The position numbers and the translations under genes were made by a program. A stretch of 63,005 nucleotides of DNA, counting the filler, from Octopus bimaculoides (lineage: Eukaryota): the NCBI RefSeq assembly GCF_001194135.2. It is 4 parts of 4 records of this genome, joined end to end, with 100 filler letters (N's around TTAATTAATTAA, not from the genome) between each part and the next. Parts side by side here need not be neighbours in the genome. Positions count along the whole stretch, not along the records: positions 1 to 19,465 come from NC_068997.1; 3 more parts are not named here. One strand, given 5' to 3'. Positions 1 through 12,764 of the stretch are shown one piece after another; the stretch's first letter is position 1, and each line of letters begins with the position of its first letter. Under the pieces are notes generated by a model, which had not been told where the DNA came from, searched no databases, and saw only the letters and a program-made list of their open reading frames with translations.

Positions 1-59
1 AAACACACGCAATATAATTTTCCCTCTAACTGATGTTGCAAAGATCTGAAAATATAATA

Positions 60-720
60 GTTAGATGAAGCAAGGTCATGTTTTCCTGAGTGACTTGGGA
101 AATATGTGGTCTTGCATTATCGTGTAAGGGCACTCATTTTTTAGGATTGACCAACGATGGATGCATTTTTGAAGGCTTTTGTCCAATGCTTCCAACGACA
201 ATATTTCTCTGCATCAATTGTCACGTTTTAGTTTAACACTTCATGACAGACGACATCTTTCAAATCCTTCCAAACAGAACATATTTTTTCGGGTGTAATT
301 CTGCTTGGTGATGGTACTCTTTCTCCATTGAGAGCTAACCATTGTGATTTACGTCGGATATGATTATATAGAATTGACGTTTCATCACTTGTGACCATTT
401 TACCCAAGAAAGTTTCAGTGACAGGAAAACTCTTTGATTAAGCTGAGAAATAAATGATGAAAAAACCACTGAACAAGTTTAAACAGTTTTCCTAGTTCAT
501 GAATGGGTATTATGATCAAAGTGTAACTTGAATGAATGTTTTACTAATTCTCCTGCAGTTTTCTGTAGATTTTTCTCGGCTACGGTTTTCAGAACCTCGA
601 TATTAACAGAAGTTTGCTGTCCGGATGGAGGAAAAATCTACAAGAGAAAAATTTTCTTGGTGAAACTGACCATGGTATCGTTGACATGCCAGATACATAA
701 AGATTCATTTTAATAGAGAG
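60..720 (-). mobile_element. Decayed mariner (DD34D-type) transposase fragment
   Basis: Minus-strand translation gives KMVTSDETSILY (~368-403) and PLHDNARPH (~104-130), the first and second catalytic Asp motifs of mariner transposases; stops and frameshifts in between. Confidence 0.8.
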
Positions 721-1478
721 AAGGAATATTTCTTGCCGCCTCCGTGGTTAAAAATCTCATAAATTCACACACACGCACACACATGCATACGACCTCCTTC
801 TTTCTCCACCAAATCCACTCACAGACCTTTGGTCGGCCCGAGTCTATAATGGAAGTCATTTGTCCAAGCTACCACTTTGTGGGACTGAACCCGGAACTAT
901 GTAGTAAGTTGTAATGCAGAAATATATATATATATATATAAAGGTTATGAAGGGTATTGGAGTCAACCAAACCCTAAAGATACAGGTAATACTGAGTAAG
1001 TGCTGTATACCGACTAGTTTTGCCCCCGACGTGGTTGCAACATGAGTGGGAAATATAACATGGGTCGTGTATTAGCGTGTGTATATATAAAAAAAAGAAT
1101 AAGATCTTATTCTTTTATATATATATATATAAGTCTGAAAATTTGGGTGGTATATATCTAATGAACATTTCTGAGGACTTTAACATAGGAAATATTGAAT
1201 CCGCTTCTTTGAACGAGTGAACCACCGGTCAATTTTATGTTTGTCGCCGTAGCCAGTAGTCTTCCAATCTGCATAACATTTCTGAAATATAAGTGACGTC
1301 GGATAGATTTCCGCTGATTCCTTTTTATACGTTATTCATGTTTGTAAATTCATGTGCAAGTAGTCATATTCATCGATTCCAAATTTAAACTTTTAGATTT
1401 ATTTAAAAAAAAAAAAGAATTCTAATTTCCATTTCTGCCACAATGTGAATTCGCGATGTTTTAGAATATTATCCAACA

Positions 1479-1790
1479 AGCGTGGTTGTGTGGTAAGAAG
1501 CTTGGTTGTGTGGTAAGAAGCTTGCTTCCCAAACACATGGTTACGGGTTCAATCCCACTGTGTGGCAGCTTGAGCAAGTGTCTTTTGCTATAGCTTCGAG
1601 TAGATCAAAGCCTTGTAGGTGGATTTGGTAGACGGAAACTGAAAAAGCCCGTCGTGTATGTATATACATATGAGTGTGTGTGTGTGTGTGTGTGCATGTG
1701 TGTGTGTGTCTTTGTGTCTGTGTTTGTCCTCCACTACTGCTTGGTAACCGGTGTTGGTGCGTTTATGTCCCCTGACTTAGAAATATTGAT
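1479..1790 (+). mobile_element. tRNA-derived octopus-type SINE with internal (GT)n
   Basis: Head gcgtggttgtgtggtaagaagcttgcttccc...gggttcaatccca (A/B-box-like, with a ~23-bp head duplication). The same sequence recurs at ~790-910, 18670-19080, 56160-56250 and 58960-59080. Confidence 0.8.
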
Positions 1791-1889
1791 CGTCGAGCAC
1801 TTTTGCTACGGTGTTCGACAATCAATATTTGAAATTGCAGGCAATAAGACAAGCAATTTTGAGATTGTAAACGTTATATATTCACTTAC

Positions 1890-1980
1890 ATCACTGTTGA
1901 GTATCATTAAGGCATGATTGAAATGATGGTGTTCTAGAGTTGCCTTAGTACCGTATAACTGAGATAAAGCTGAACTCGAC
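1890..1980 (-). CDS. PDE11A: PDE11A-type phosphodiesterase, catalytic-domain exon (K)SSSALSQLYGTKATLEHHHFNHALMILNSD
   Basis: 91-nt exon with tttttcag acceptor and gtaagt donor, phase 2 to 0. Matches the PDE11A segment SALAQLYGTSATLEHHHFNHAVMIL as I recall it, and joins in frame to the 5902-6011 exon (AA+G = Lys). Confidence 0.93.
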
Positions 1981-2659
1981 CTGAAAAATATATAAAGTTT
2001 TGGTGATAAAATAACAAGAAGCATGTACAAATCAAATGCAGGCATGGATCAGATAGATATTTATCAGACAGGAAATAATTTATAAAACAAATATTTATAG
2101 TACAGAACATAATTAACAGATATATATTTAAATATTTACATGATGTGCTATGTTTATTTGATAAGTGAAAGGATTTTAGCGAAACAGGCACTTTGAACTG
2201 ACATATTGTTCACAATACAGTTTCATCCACTTTTCATCTACCAGATGTAACTCACTTTCCAAACACTTTATGTCATTAAAATAAGTATTGAACAGAAAAA
2301 TAATCAAATATTCTTTCGCCGGTGTTATATTTCAAGTAATCAAATAACTCAATATTAGGTTAAGTTGCAGCTGCTGTAGTTAGGTTTCCTGTGAGTCATA
2401 AACGTATAAAACACAATTGTGTCTCATCGGTTACACCCTTCTTCCCTTCGCAAAATAAGAACAATCTATAGTCCTGAATTTCGCTTAATTCCTTTATTTG
2501 CCTCTAAGAGTTCCATTTAATTCAAGGATTCTTCCTTTTCGCACGGGAGTCCTTACTGGTAGGAGATAGAAATAATGGTTCTTTGTTAGTATTGTCTATA
2601 ACGGCAAGCTAGCAGCCTTGCCTCGTTGTATGTCATTACTTGAGTCGAGATATTTATTT

Positions 2660-3040
2660 TATTTGTTTCAGTCGTTTGACTAGGGCCATGCTGGAGCACC
2701 ACTTTTAGTCGAACAAATCGACACCAGGACTTATTCTTTGTAAACCTACTACTTGTTCTATCGGTCTCTTTTGCCGAACCGCTAAGTTACGGGGACGTAA
2801 ACACACCAGCATCGGTTATCAAGCGATGGTGGGGGACAAATACATAGACAAACACACACACACACACACATATATATGCGATGAGCTTCTTTCAGTTTCC
2901 GTCTACCAAATCCATTCAAAAGGCTTTGGTCGGCCCGAGGCTATAGTAGAAGACACTTGCCCAAGGTGGTACGCAGTGGGACTGAACCCAGAACCATGTG
3001 GTTGGTAGTAAGCTATTTATCATACAGCCACTCTTGCGCC
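2660..3040 (-). mobile_element. tRNA-derived SINE, near full length, CpGs retained
   Basis: Reverse complement of the 1479-1790 family; contains ttgccgaaccgctaagttacggggacgtaaacacacc. Confidence 0.8.
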
Positions 3041-3960
3041 CTAAAAAGCGCGTCAAATGAGGTCCACTGTCAAAGCGATGCTGATTTGTTTCATTGATGC
3101 GAATTTGTTCATCCTGGTCAAACTATTAACCAGACATTTTATTTGGCAGTTCTGAGGTTTGCGGGACGTAATGAGACGAAAATGCCCTGGCCTGTTACAA
3201 AGTGAAGAGTGGTGATTTCATCACGACAATGCTCCTGCGAACACCGCCATCGATGAAAGAAATCAGCATCGCTTTGACATTGGATTTCACTTGATGTGCA
3301 TTTTTAGGGCGTGGTGACATTGAATGCTTCCACTGACTTGATTGCTGTTTCGTTTCCGGGTCATAGCCGTAGCATCAACTTCCTTCACCACTGATGACCT
3401 TCGAAAAAAGATTCGGATCAACTTCCAACTGTTCTTTCAGTTCACGACACGTATTCAGTCGTGACTGCTTTTAATCTTCCGCGAGCAAGCGAGGCACAAA
3501 TTTTGCTGCAACTCTTTTCATTCGCAATTCCTCGCCCAAAATTCGTTGGCAGGAGCTCCAAGACACACCAAGCATATCAACAAGTTCGTTAATTGTTCGG
3601 CGAAGGTGCATCAAGAATGTTTTCATTCGTTCGGGAGCTCGACGGTTATTCTGAACGAGATTAGTCTTCAAGCGACAAGCGACCATTTCTAAAGCATGAA
3701 AACCACTCGTAAACTTGCGTTTTGCTCATGACAGCGTCCTTATAAGTTGTTTGAAGCATGAAAACTGTTTCAGCCGCCGTTTTCCACAACAGAAAACAAG
3801 ATTTCACAGAAGCATGCTGTTCCTTCGTTTCAGCCATCGCAAATGTTAACGAACAGTGGAGAAGCACTCTTAACAAAGACGCACAACGTGGTAGTACTAC
3901 CTCACCCCATGACACTGGCTGGCATACTGATGCCTGAGGGTCGCATCAAGTGGGTTCTAG
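3040..3960 (-). mobile_element. Decayed mariner transposase (N-terminal HTH to first catalytic Asp)
   Basis: ORFs 3661-3915 (KTAAETVFMLQTTYKDAVMSKTQVYEWFSCFRNGRLSLED) and 3471-3686 (RRTINELVDMLGVSWSSCQRILGEELRMKRVAAKFVPRLL) are typical mariner HTH and linker motifs, frameshifted. Confidence 0.88.
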
Positions 3961-4033
3961 TGGCAGAAGCCCTGAACTAAAATGGGCTTGTCCCACAGAG
4001 AACATTTCCGCTTACTTTTGGGTACTCCCTACT

Positions 4034-4086
<53 letters not shown>

Positions 4087-5240
4087 GGAATGTATATGTA
4101 TATATATAGATATATATATATATATAAATTTAATGAATGGAGTAAAACGCATATTTTAACTGCATACTTTTATTTCCAACATATGTTTCGAAGAATTACA
4201 AATTATACCAGCCATAGGAATCGGCGATGTTAAAAATGTAATNNNNNNNNNNNNNNNNNNNNNNNNNNNNNNNNNNNNNNNNNNNNNNNNNNNNNNNNNN
4301 NNNNNNNNNNNNNNNNNNNNNNNNNNNNNNNNNNNNNNNNNNNNNNNNNNNNNNNNNNNNNNNNNNNNNNNNNNNNNNNNNNNNNNNNNNNNNNNNNNNN
4401 NNNNNNNNNNNNNNNNNNNNNNNNNNNNNNNNNNNNNNNNNNNNNNNNNNNNNNNNNNNNNNNNNNNNNNNNNNNNNNNNNNNNNNNNNNNNNNNNNNNN
4501 NNNNNNNNNNNNNNNNNNNNNNNNNNNNNNNNNNNNNNNNNNNNNNNNNNNNNNNNNNNNNNNNNNNNNNNNNNNNNNNNNNNNNNNNNNNNNNNNNNNN
4601 NNNNNNNNNNNNNNNNNNNNNNNNNNNNNNNNNNNNNNNNNNNNNNNNNNNNNNNNNNNNNNNNNNNNNNNNNNNNNNNNNNNNNNNNNNNNNNNNNNNN
4701 NNNNNNNNNNNNNNNNNNNNNNNNNNNNNNNNNNNNNNNNNNNNNNNNNNNNNNNNNNNNNNNNNNNNNNNNNNNNNNNNNNNNATATATATACATATAT
4801 ACATATATACATATATATACATACATAAACATATACATATACACACATGCATACATACACGCACAAACACACATATATATATACATACCCACACACACAC
4901 ACATATATATGTATATATACAAGCATAAATATATACATACATAAACATACATACATCCAACCAAGCATATATACGCACATGTTCATATGTATTTTTATTA
5001 ATAATAACAACAACTATATACAATAATCTACGCAAACACATATACTTTCATACAAAAACATGAATGTATACACACACAGATAGATATGTACATACGAACA
5101 CTCATACACATACATTCGCACACACATATATTTATGTATGTGTTGTTAGATGTATTTACATAGAAACGCATACGCAATAGTATACACTCCTTAGTACGTA
5201 TATACATACGGTAGATGTGTGGTAATTAGTAATAAAGCAG

Positions 5241-5304
<64 letters not shown>

Positions 5305-5419
5305 TTTAACACATTTTATGATTCGTTACAATTGTTTTTTACTAACTCTGCTTGCAGCGCCAGTTTACTCAGAAATTCGAAGTGAAAAGTTACGTAATAT
5401 TTGCAGTTTTAGATATTAA

Positions 5420-5640
5420 AAGGGATACTTCATCAGACATGCATCAAAGGTGCGCTCTTATATTGTGCACATTGCCAGAGAGGTGAAGGGGTTTGGGAAG
5501 ACAAAGATGACAATTATTGATGTGGTAATTGGTGCCCTTGGTAAAACACCCAAACCGATAACGAAGAGGCTGAAAGATATTAGAACTGAAGCTCGCATTA
5601 ACCAGAACTACAAAAAGTTTTTCTCATGTGTATAGCTCCC
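5420..5640 (+). mobile_element. C-terminal fragment of an R4/Dong-like (RLE) LINE
   Basis: ORF 5450-5635 contains IIDVVIGALGKTPK, the IGALG motif near the end of RLE-clade ORFs. Confidence 0.5.
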
Positions 5641-5901
5641 GTGGAAAACCCTATCAACCTCAAAATATTTGAATCTTTCAAAATCTTTCAAAACCGCAGA
5701 TATTACATCAAATTCTTAACGCAATCTCCTATTCTAATGAAGACAGACATTGCAATACACTGATAAAGTGGAAAATGCAAAGTGTAGAAATACCTAAAAA
5801 TACAAGTCAATTAATTATATTTAAGAATGTTCAATCCGAAGATAAAACATCATTTGAAATCTTTATGGTGAAATAGAAGGAAAATAAATCGTACGACTTA
5901 C

Positions 5902-6011
5902 TTATGTTGGAAAGCGTTGTTCGTTCCTCGGTGATCCAAATCATGACAAAGACAGGCGACTATGAGAGCTAAAACTTCTTTCTCACTTAACTGTTTCTGG
6001 ATACGGGATGT
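5902..6011 (-). CDS. PDE11A: PDE11A-type phosphodiesterase exon [36 protein letters not shown](K)
   Basis: 110-nt exon carrying the class I PDE signature [10 protein letters not shown]; acceptor ttttggaag, donor gtaagt; phase 0 to 2, in frame with both neighbouring exons. Confidence 0.95.
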
Positions 6012-7347
6012 CTTCCAAAAATCAAGAAAATATACGAAATAGTTTGAAGAGTAATAAAGCAAACAACATCTGATACTCCACTCTTCTCTAAGTACATTTC
6101 TGTTATATCTTTATGTGTATGTGAAATGGAATAGATAGGTAAATAGATAGACAGATAGCCAGAAACAGATAGACAGACAGCCAGTAAAGAGAGACAGATG
6201 ATAAAAGCAGATAGGTGATAAAAAAAGACAGTTGTATGGTGTGAACAATTGATTACATTTTAACTAATGACTGATGAAATATTTTCGAAGTGTGTTAAGT
6301 AATTAAATTATATAAATTTCTTAATTGAGCTTCCGGGCAAGAGCAAAAGCTCGAAAAAGGTTCTCTGAGGAAATGTCAATTCTTAGCGGAATCCCTCAGG
6401 TAACTGTACTGAGAACATTACTGTTTGTGAACGTTCCTGAAATTTTCTCATTCATACATTCAACAGTTAAGCTGATGATACAAAGATTTCACAGGTAGTT
6501 AAAAACTTTGAGACAAAACGATATGGAGTAAAATCGGAATGCAATATACAAGTGGGCTGAAAAATACATTATTCAGTTCAATGAAGACTAATTCAAGCGT
6601 CCCACTGTCAACCAATAAACAGTGCAATTAGAACACACATAGCCAGAGTTATTGCAATGACAGTCACTATAAGTGCATTATCTGGGAATTTGTATGAATA
6701 ACGATGCAACATTCTGTGTGCATTTAATGAAATGGCAACAATAAGCAGGTGATTGGCTGGATTTTGAAATCATCCAGAATAAGAAAAAAAGGAAACCATG
6801 TTGTTTTTCATGGAGAATATTTCTTCTCAGTCGCCCGGACTGCTACGTCAAAACTAACAGCGGGGCAGGGGGTCATCCATAACTGTTACACCAAGAATCT
6901 TGCGTCAGCGAAGTTGATGAGCTCAAAAAATACTCAAGTAAATCTTTATCTATGGTAGCATATGAACCAACAACACGGCATTCTTGATAAGGGAGATGTT
7001 TTATATCATATGGTATATTACAATATATCACGAACTACCTTATTAGCTATGAAATTAATAATCTTTAATGTTAGTGGAAACACTATCAAGTAGATTACAT
7101 ATGAAAGGAAACTGTATTCTTCGTTTCATTCATTAACTAAAGTAGGTTCTCTGAATATATCATTAGGTGTTTGGCAGAGTTTCAGCAGCTGTGTCTCTTA
7201 AGCGGCAATACAAAATTGATTGCAGTATTATTACCACAGGCAGAGCTTCATATTTGGTAAACCAACTAATTCAGTTTTCTTGGAACATAAATCGTCAAAT
7301 ATCCTAACCTTCACTTTGATCTCTTGTATAATATCCTTCAGCTTTAG

Positions 7348-7427
<80 letters not shown>

Positions 7428-7444
7428 ATATAAATATATATACA

Positions 7445-8527
7445 TCTAATGTAGGATAAAAAAATTTTCCGAAATTTCATCAAGTGGCCAGTATGTATAT
7501 TGTATGTGGTGATTGACGATTTAAAGTCTATTTCTCAGCATATTGGCATAGAAATCTTTTTTCTTTTACCCTTATTTATAATTGTTTATAATTTCCATCT
7601 TTAAAGGTATTTTAATACCTTTAAAGGTGGAAATTATAAACAATTATAAATAAGGGCAAAAGATGAAATTTTCTATGCTGAGAATAGACTTTAAATCGTC
7701 AATCACCACGTACAATATACATCACTATGAATACACGTTCTGCTGAAATCGAGGAAAGCAAGCTAATGGAATTTTTTCTTAAATGCGTTATCTCTATATT
7801 GAATCAATCTCGGGATTAATCCAACGGATTTTCCTCTCATCAGTAGTGAATACAATAAAAAATAAATGGAATACTTACCAGCACCCATGGAAAAATGCAG
7901 AAGCAAAAGTCATGTATACACATAAGTACCCCAGTTATGGCTCGCTTTCCTCGATTTTATACATCACTATTTATAGTGATGTATATTATACGTAGTGATG
8001 TATATTCTTTTACCCTTATTTATAATTGTTTATAATTTTCACCTTTAAAGGTATTTTAATATGCTGGCCACTTGATGAAATTTCGGAAAAAAAGTTTATC
8101 CTATATTAGAAATAAATTTATTACCATTCACTTCGAGACTGGTAACCACTCTAATTTGTGGTTCCTAACCGATCACACGTGTGCTGAGGCTTGGTAAAGG
8201 ATTTTATATTTAGATATAACTGGAGTACTTATGTGTACGCATGACGTTTGCTTCTGCATTTTTCCATGGGTGCTGGTAAGTATTTCATTTATTTCTTATC
8301 GTATTCTCTACTGATGAGAGGAAAATCCGTTGGATTAATCCCGAGATTGATACAATATAGAGATAACGCATTTAAAAAAAAATTCCATTAGCTTGCTTTC
8401 CTCGATTTCAGCAGAACGTGTATTCATAGTGATGTATATTGTACGTGGTGATTGACAATTTAAAGTCTATTTCTCAGCATGTTGGCATAGAAAATGTTTT
8501 CTTTTGCCCTTATTTATAACTGTTTAT
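7445..8527. mobile_element. Foldback/MITE-like element with nested inverted repeats
   Basis: ~48-bp TIRs at 7445-7493 and 8061-8110; internal hairpin with ~110-bp arms centred at 7612/7613; 8220-8527 is an inverted copy of ~7635-7935. Confidence 0.75.
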
Positions 8528-8599
8528 ATATATATATATATATATATATATGCTTAAGAGTTAAGATATAAACTCAACTTAGGCAATCATACATTTATA

Positions 8600-10190
8600 A
8601 ATTCGACTTAAAAGGTGCATATGTAGTTTGTCCTTAGTGCTTGCTCTTGGGCAGCACAGATTAGAGCCTCCGTTTCCGGTTTTACATCGCTTTTAGTCTT
8701 CCACAACCATCCTTTTTCTCTCTCTGTCTTATCTTCAACATCCCTATGAAATTGTCCATGCATTCTTTTCTTTACCCACCTATTTTCAGTTTCATTCATT
8801 TTCAATTCCTTGTACAGTGCTTTATCTTTGCAATCTTTCATACTACACAGGCCTGACTTTCTTACTTCTAATATTACCGGTTCTGTGGCATTTTTTACAT
8901 ACCATGCTATGTTGTTTTCTTCTGCTCAATGCTGTGATCGCATCCAATAAGTCCTCCTCCCCCTCTTTTTCTTGGTACATACAATCTGTCTGTGTCACTT
9001 ATTTGGGTGGAGTGTCCCATATCTAGTTAGCAACTTCCTTGTCTTTCTGTCTAAGCTGTTTAGTTCGTCATGCGATTACCCCTGCTCCATATTTAAGGAG
9101 TGAAACCGCCCATGTGTTGATAGCTTCAGGACTTAAGGATCAGTCTCAGTCAGCGCAAGTACTCCACCTTAAATTTTTCTGTCATTTCTTTCTCCATCCA
9201 TTTATCCATTTCCAACATTCCCACGTACTTATAGCCCGTCTCTTCTATTTGCTTCATAACCTCCCCCGACGGTATCGCTAGCCCGTCCATATATTTGATT
9301 TTGCCTCTCTTCAAGACTAACACACCACACTTTCTCAGTCCCAACTCCATTCTGATATCAGCAATGAAAGTATACACCGTATCAACGAGGGAACTGACTT
9401 GGGCTTCATCTTTACCATAAAGTTTGAGGTCACTCATGAATAACAAATGGTTGACTTTTTGTTGGCGGCTTTTAAATACATACCCAACTTTTGCTTTCCT
9501 CAGAATCAGTCTTAGTGGTATCAAGCACAGTACAAAGATCAGTGGGGACAGGAATTCCCCTTGGAAGATGCTCTTCCTGATTTCTACTGTCCCTAAACTT
9601 ATTCCGTATGCAGTCAGGTCCATCCTCGAATTGACCATACTTTTCCCAAGCAACCGCTCAAAATTCGATGCAATACCAAATAGGTTCATACATCCCATTA
9701 TCCAAGAGTGTTGGATTATATAGTACGCCTTACGATAGTCGATCCATGTCATAGTCAAGTTACTTTTCCTCCTCTTGCAGTCTCTAAGTACAGTTTTGTC
9801 TGTCAGGAGTTGATCCTTGGTACCTCTGCACTTACGCTTGCAATCCTTCTGCTCATGTGGCAGGACCCCATTTTTTTCCAGATGTACGTACATTGACTCT
9901 GCGAGTATTCCAGTGAATAATTTCCACATAAGTGGCAAACAGGATATCGGCTTGTAATTGTCTACCGTATTGCCTTTTTCGATGTTTTTCAAGCACAGCA
10001 CTCTTCTACCCAATGTCAACCATTCTAGTGGTATTTGGTCGGCATTTAACAAGGTGTTGAGATGTGCAGCTATTCGTGCATGACATTTACCAAATCTTTT
10101 GATCCAGTAGCCTCAAAGTCAATCTGGTCCCGGGGCCTTCCAGTTGCTCAATTTTTGGCTGATTTCCTTCATTTCCATAACTGAAATTAC
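8600..10190 (-). mobile_element. R4/Dong-like non-LTR retrotransposon, RT domain, 5'-truncated and degenerate
   Basis: ORF 9150-10052: [44 protein letters not shown] (YxDD degenerate), YKYVG. ORF 8608-8841: MHGQF...TEALICAAQEQALRTNY. Confidence 0.9.
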
Positions 10191-10212
10191 TAATTCTGCC
10201 TGTTTTGGACAG

Positions 10213-10224
<12 letters not shown>

Positions 10225-10254
<30 letters not shown>

Positions 10255-10626
10255 ATTATTATTATTATTATCATTATTATTATTATCGAATGAGAGAGGA
10301 GTGCATGCCATCAAAGTGACACTGGAGTAAAATATACGAAGCCCAGTATACCCATCATGACTACCCGTCTGATAAGGGTATACTAGGCACATGCATCACA
10401 ACCATATGTGCGCGACATGGTGATCTCATATCAAGATAAACAGCGCATGACCTCGCAGGTGGGGCTCAGTTTGAATTTTCTTCAGGTCGAGTAGCCCATC
10501 CCGCTCAAAAGGTCCCTGAATGAGTTTTGTTTAAGGATGTTGTACAAAACACCCATATTTCCAAAAGTGAATTATTCAAACCCCAAAGAATTCCTCTCAA
10601 CACACGGCTATGATGCTCCCCCACTA
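10225..10626 (-). mobile_element. Interspersed repeat with (AAT)n tail (SINE or LINE 3' end)
   Basis: GC-balanced ~340-bp segment abutting a (TAT)n tract and an N gap; family not identifiable by eye. Confidence 0.4.
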
Positions 10627-11801
10627 NNNNNNNNNNNNNNNNNNNNNNNNNNNNNNNNNNNNNNNNNNNNNNNNNNNNNNNNNNNNNNNNNNNNNNNNNN
10701 NNNNNNNNNNNNNNNNNNNNNNNNNNNNNNNNNNNNNNNNNNNNNNNNNNNNNNNNNNNNNNNNNNNNNNNNNNNNNNNNNNNNNNNNNNNNNNNNNNNN
10801 NNNNNNNNNNNNNNNNNNNNNNNNNNNNNNNNNNNNNNNNNNNNNNNNNNNNNNNNNNNNNNNNNNNNNNNNNNNNNNNNNNNNNNNNNNNNNNNNNNNN
10901 NNNNNNNNNNNNNNNNNNNNNNNNNNNNNNNNNNNNNNNNNNNNNNNNNNNNNNNNNNNNNNNNNNNNNNNNNNNNNNNNNNNNNNNNNNNNNNNNNNNN
11001 NNNNNNNNNNNNNNNNNNNNNNNNNNNNNNNNNNNNNNNNNNNNNNNNNNNNNNNNNNNNNNNNNNNNNNNNNNNNNNNNNNNNNNNNNNNNNNNNNNNN
11101 NNNNNNNNNNNNNNNNNNNNNNNNNNNNNNNNNNNNNNNNNNNNNNNNNNNNNNNNNNNNNNNNNNNNNNNNNNNNNNNNNNNNNNNNNNNNNNNNNNNN
11201 NNNNNNNNNNNNNNNNNNNNNNNNNNNNNNNNNNNNNNNNNNNNNNNNNNNNNNNNNNNNNNNNNNNNNNNNNNNNNNNNNNNNNNNNNNNNNNNNNNNN
11301 NNNNNNNNNNNNNNNNNNNNNNNNNNNNNNNNNNNNNNNNNNNNNNNNNNNNNNNNNNNNNNNNNNNNNNNNNNNNNNNNNNNNNNNNNNNNNNNNNNNN
11401 NNNNNNNNNNNNNNNNNNNNNNNNNNNNNNNNNNNNNNNNNNNNNNNNNNNNNNNNNNNNNNNNNNNNNNNNNNNNNNNNNNNNNNNNNNNNNNNNNNNN
11501 NNNNNNNNNNNNNNNNNNNNNNNNNNNNNNNNNNNNNNNNNNNNNNNNNNNNTATATATATATATATATATACATGTACATATATACGTGTGCATGTGTG
11601 TGTATGCATGAATATGTATATACATATCTATATATGTACATGTGTATGTATGTATGTATGTATGTATGTATGTATAAAACAATGGCATATATAATAAAGT
11701 ACTCAAAGTAACAGAGTATATGTATACATATCAGTGGAAAGGATGAGATATTTAAACTAGTAACTAATGATAGTCTTCCTAAAACATTTTCAAACACTTA
11801 C

Positions 11802-11909
11802 CTTTACGATAGAAAACATCACCTGGCACACGTTAAAAGCATGTCTCCAGTTGTGATATGCAACATTTCGGTAATTCTTTCTGATTGTCAGTAACCAACG
11901 GCACAATGT
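11802..11909 (-). CDS. PDE11A: PDE11A-type phosphodiesterase exon [36 protein letters not shown]
   Basis: 108-nt phase 0/0 exon with ttcttcacag acceptor and gtaagt donor; [10 protein letters not shown] metal-binding motif, nearly identical to PDE11[27 protein letters not shown]. Confidence 0.96.
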
Positions 11910-12199
11910 CTGTGAAGAAAAAAACCATTAAAATATATATTTGAAAATTGGTAGCTTTGATGTGACAGAAAATACTATCAATAGTTACAGTAACCTATAT
12001 TGCAGAAAGATGTTTAGTTATTTAGTTACATTTTCGTTACAATTTAGTTAGAATACACACCACCTTTAATCCCCACCGCAAGTATGTTGGAGGGAGTGGG
12101 GATAAAAATCCATACAAAGCTAGTACTATTTAACGTTGATTGTAATATACCATTGTCAGATACCATTATAGTTTAAATGAAATTTAATAGAGTTCAAAT

Positions 12200-12420
12200 G
12201 GAGAGGCAGCAGTCACTGCTACATTTACTACTACCGTTACTGGTGTGATTACTGTTGCATTTACTACTGCCATTATTACTGCATTCACTACTGCATTTAC
12301 TACTGCTGTTACTGCTGTATTTACTATTGTCATTACTGCTCCATTTACTACTGTTGTTACTACTGTTGTTACTGCTGCAATTACATCTCGATTTTCAGCT
12401 GCAGTCACAGTTGCAAGCAT
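12200..12420. repeat. Degenerate (ACT/GCT/GTT)n trinucleotide low-complexity tract
   Basis: Repeated ttactactg/ttactgctg units give stop-free Thr/Ala/Val/Leu ORFs in several frames. Confidence 0.8.
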
Positions 12421-12764
12421 CACTTTTATATGGTTGTTATTGTTGTTTAGCTCAAGGTCAACCCACATCTAGCAGACCTACTCTAAATGACGACTTAATC
12501 TTCATTTTGTACAGCCATGATTGCGTTGTTAAATTTAACCCTTTTCGAAGTACCACATGAAGCTCATCAGGTTTCTTGGCTGTTCCAGTGCTTCAGCCTC
12601 ATAATAACTTGCAGTAGAATGTTTCGGGGTACCTTAAAAACTTTACAGGTTAAAACCTGTATAACCTGGTGCGATAAAAATGAGGCAGTATGCATGCTTC
12701 TTATTTATATTTATGGACTGATTTAAATTTGTTTTTACCGTTTCTTAAAAATATCTACATTTTC

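Noticed and set aside
1000-1050. accgactagttttgccc, resembling a Penelope hammerhead tail (palindrome ACTAGT)
   Set aside because: GAAA is mutated and there is no CUGANGA core or stem II.
6600-6960. Hydrophobic minus-strand frame (IVAISLNAHRMLHRYSYKFPDNALIVTVIAITLAMCVLIALFIG) and plus-strand ORF 6749-6958
   Set aside because: No start or convincing splice sites, flanked by stops, no recognisable family.
12184-12560. Thr/Ala/Val-rich and Leu-rich mucin-like ORFs
   Set aside because: Open in several frames on both strands because of a trinucleotide repeat.
12530-12580. CTGATGA...GAAA on the minus strand with palindrome GTTAAATTTAAC
   Set aside because: Stems I, II and III cannot be closed, so not a hammerhead.
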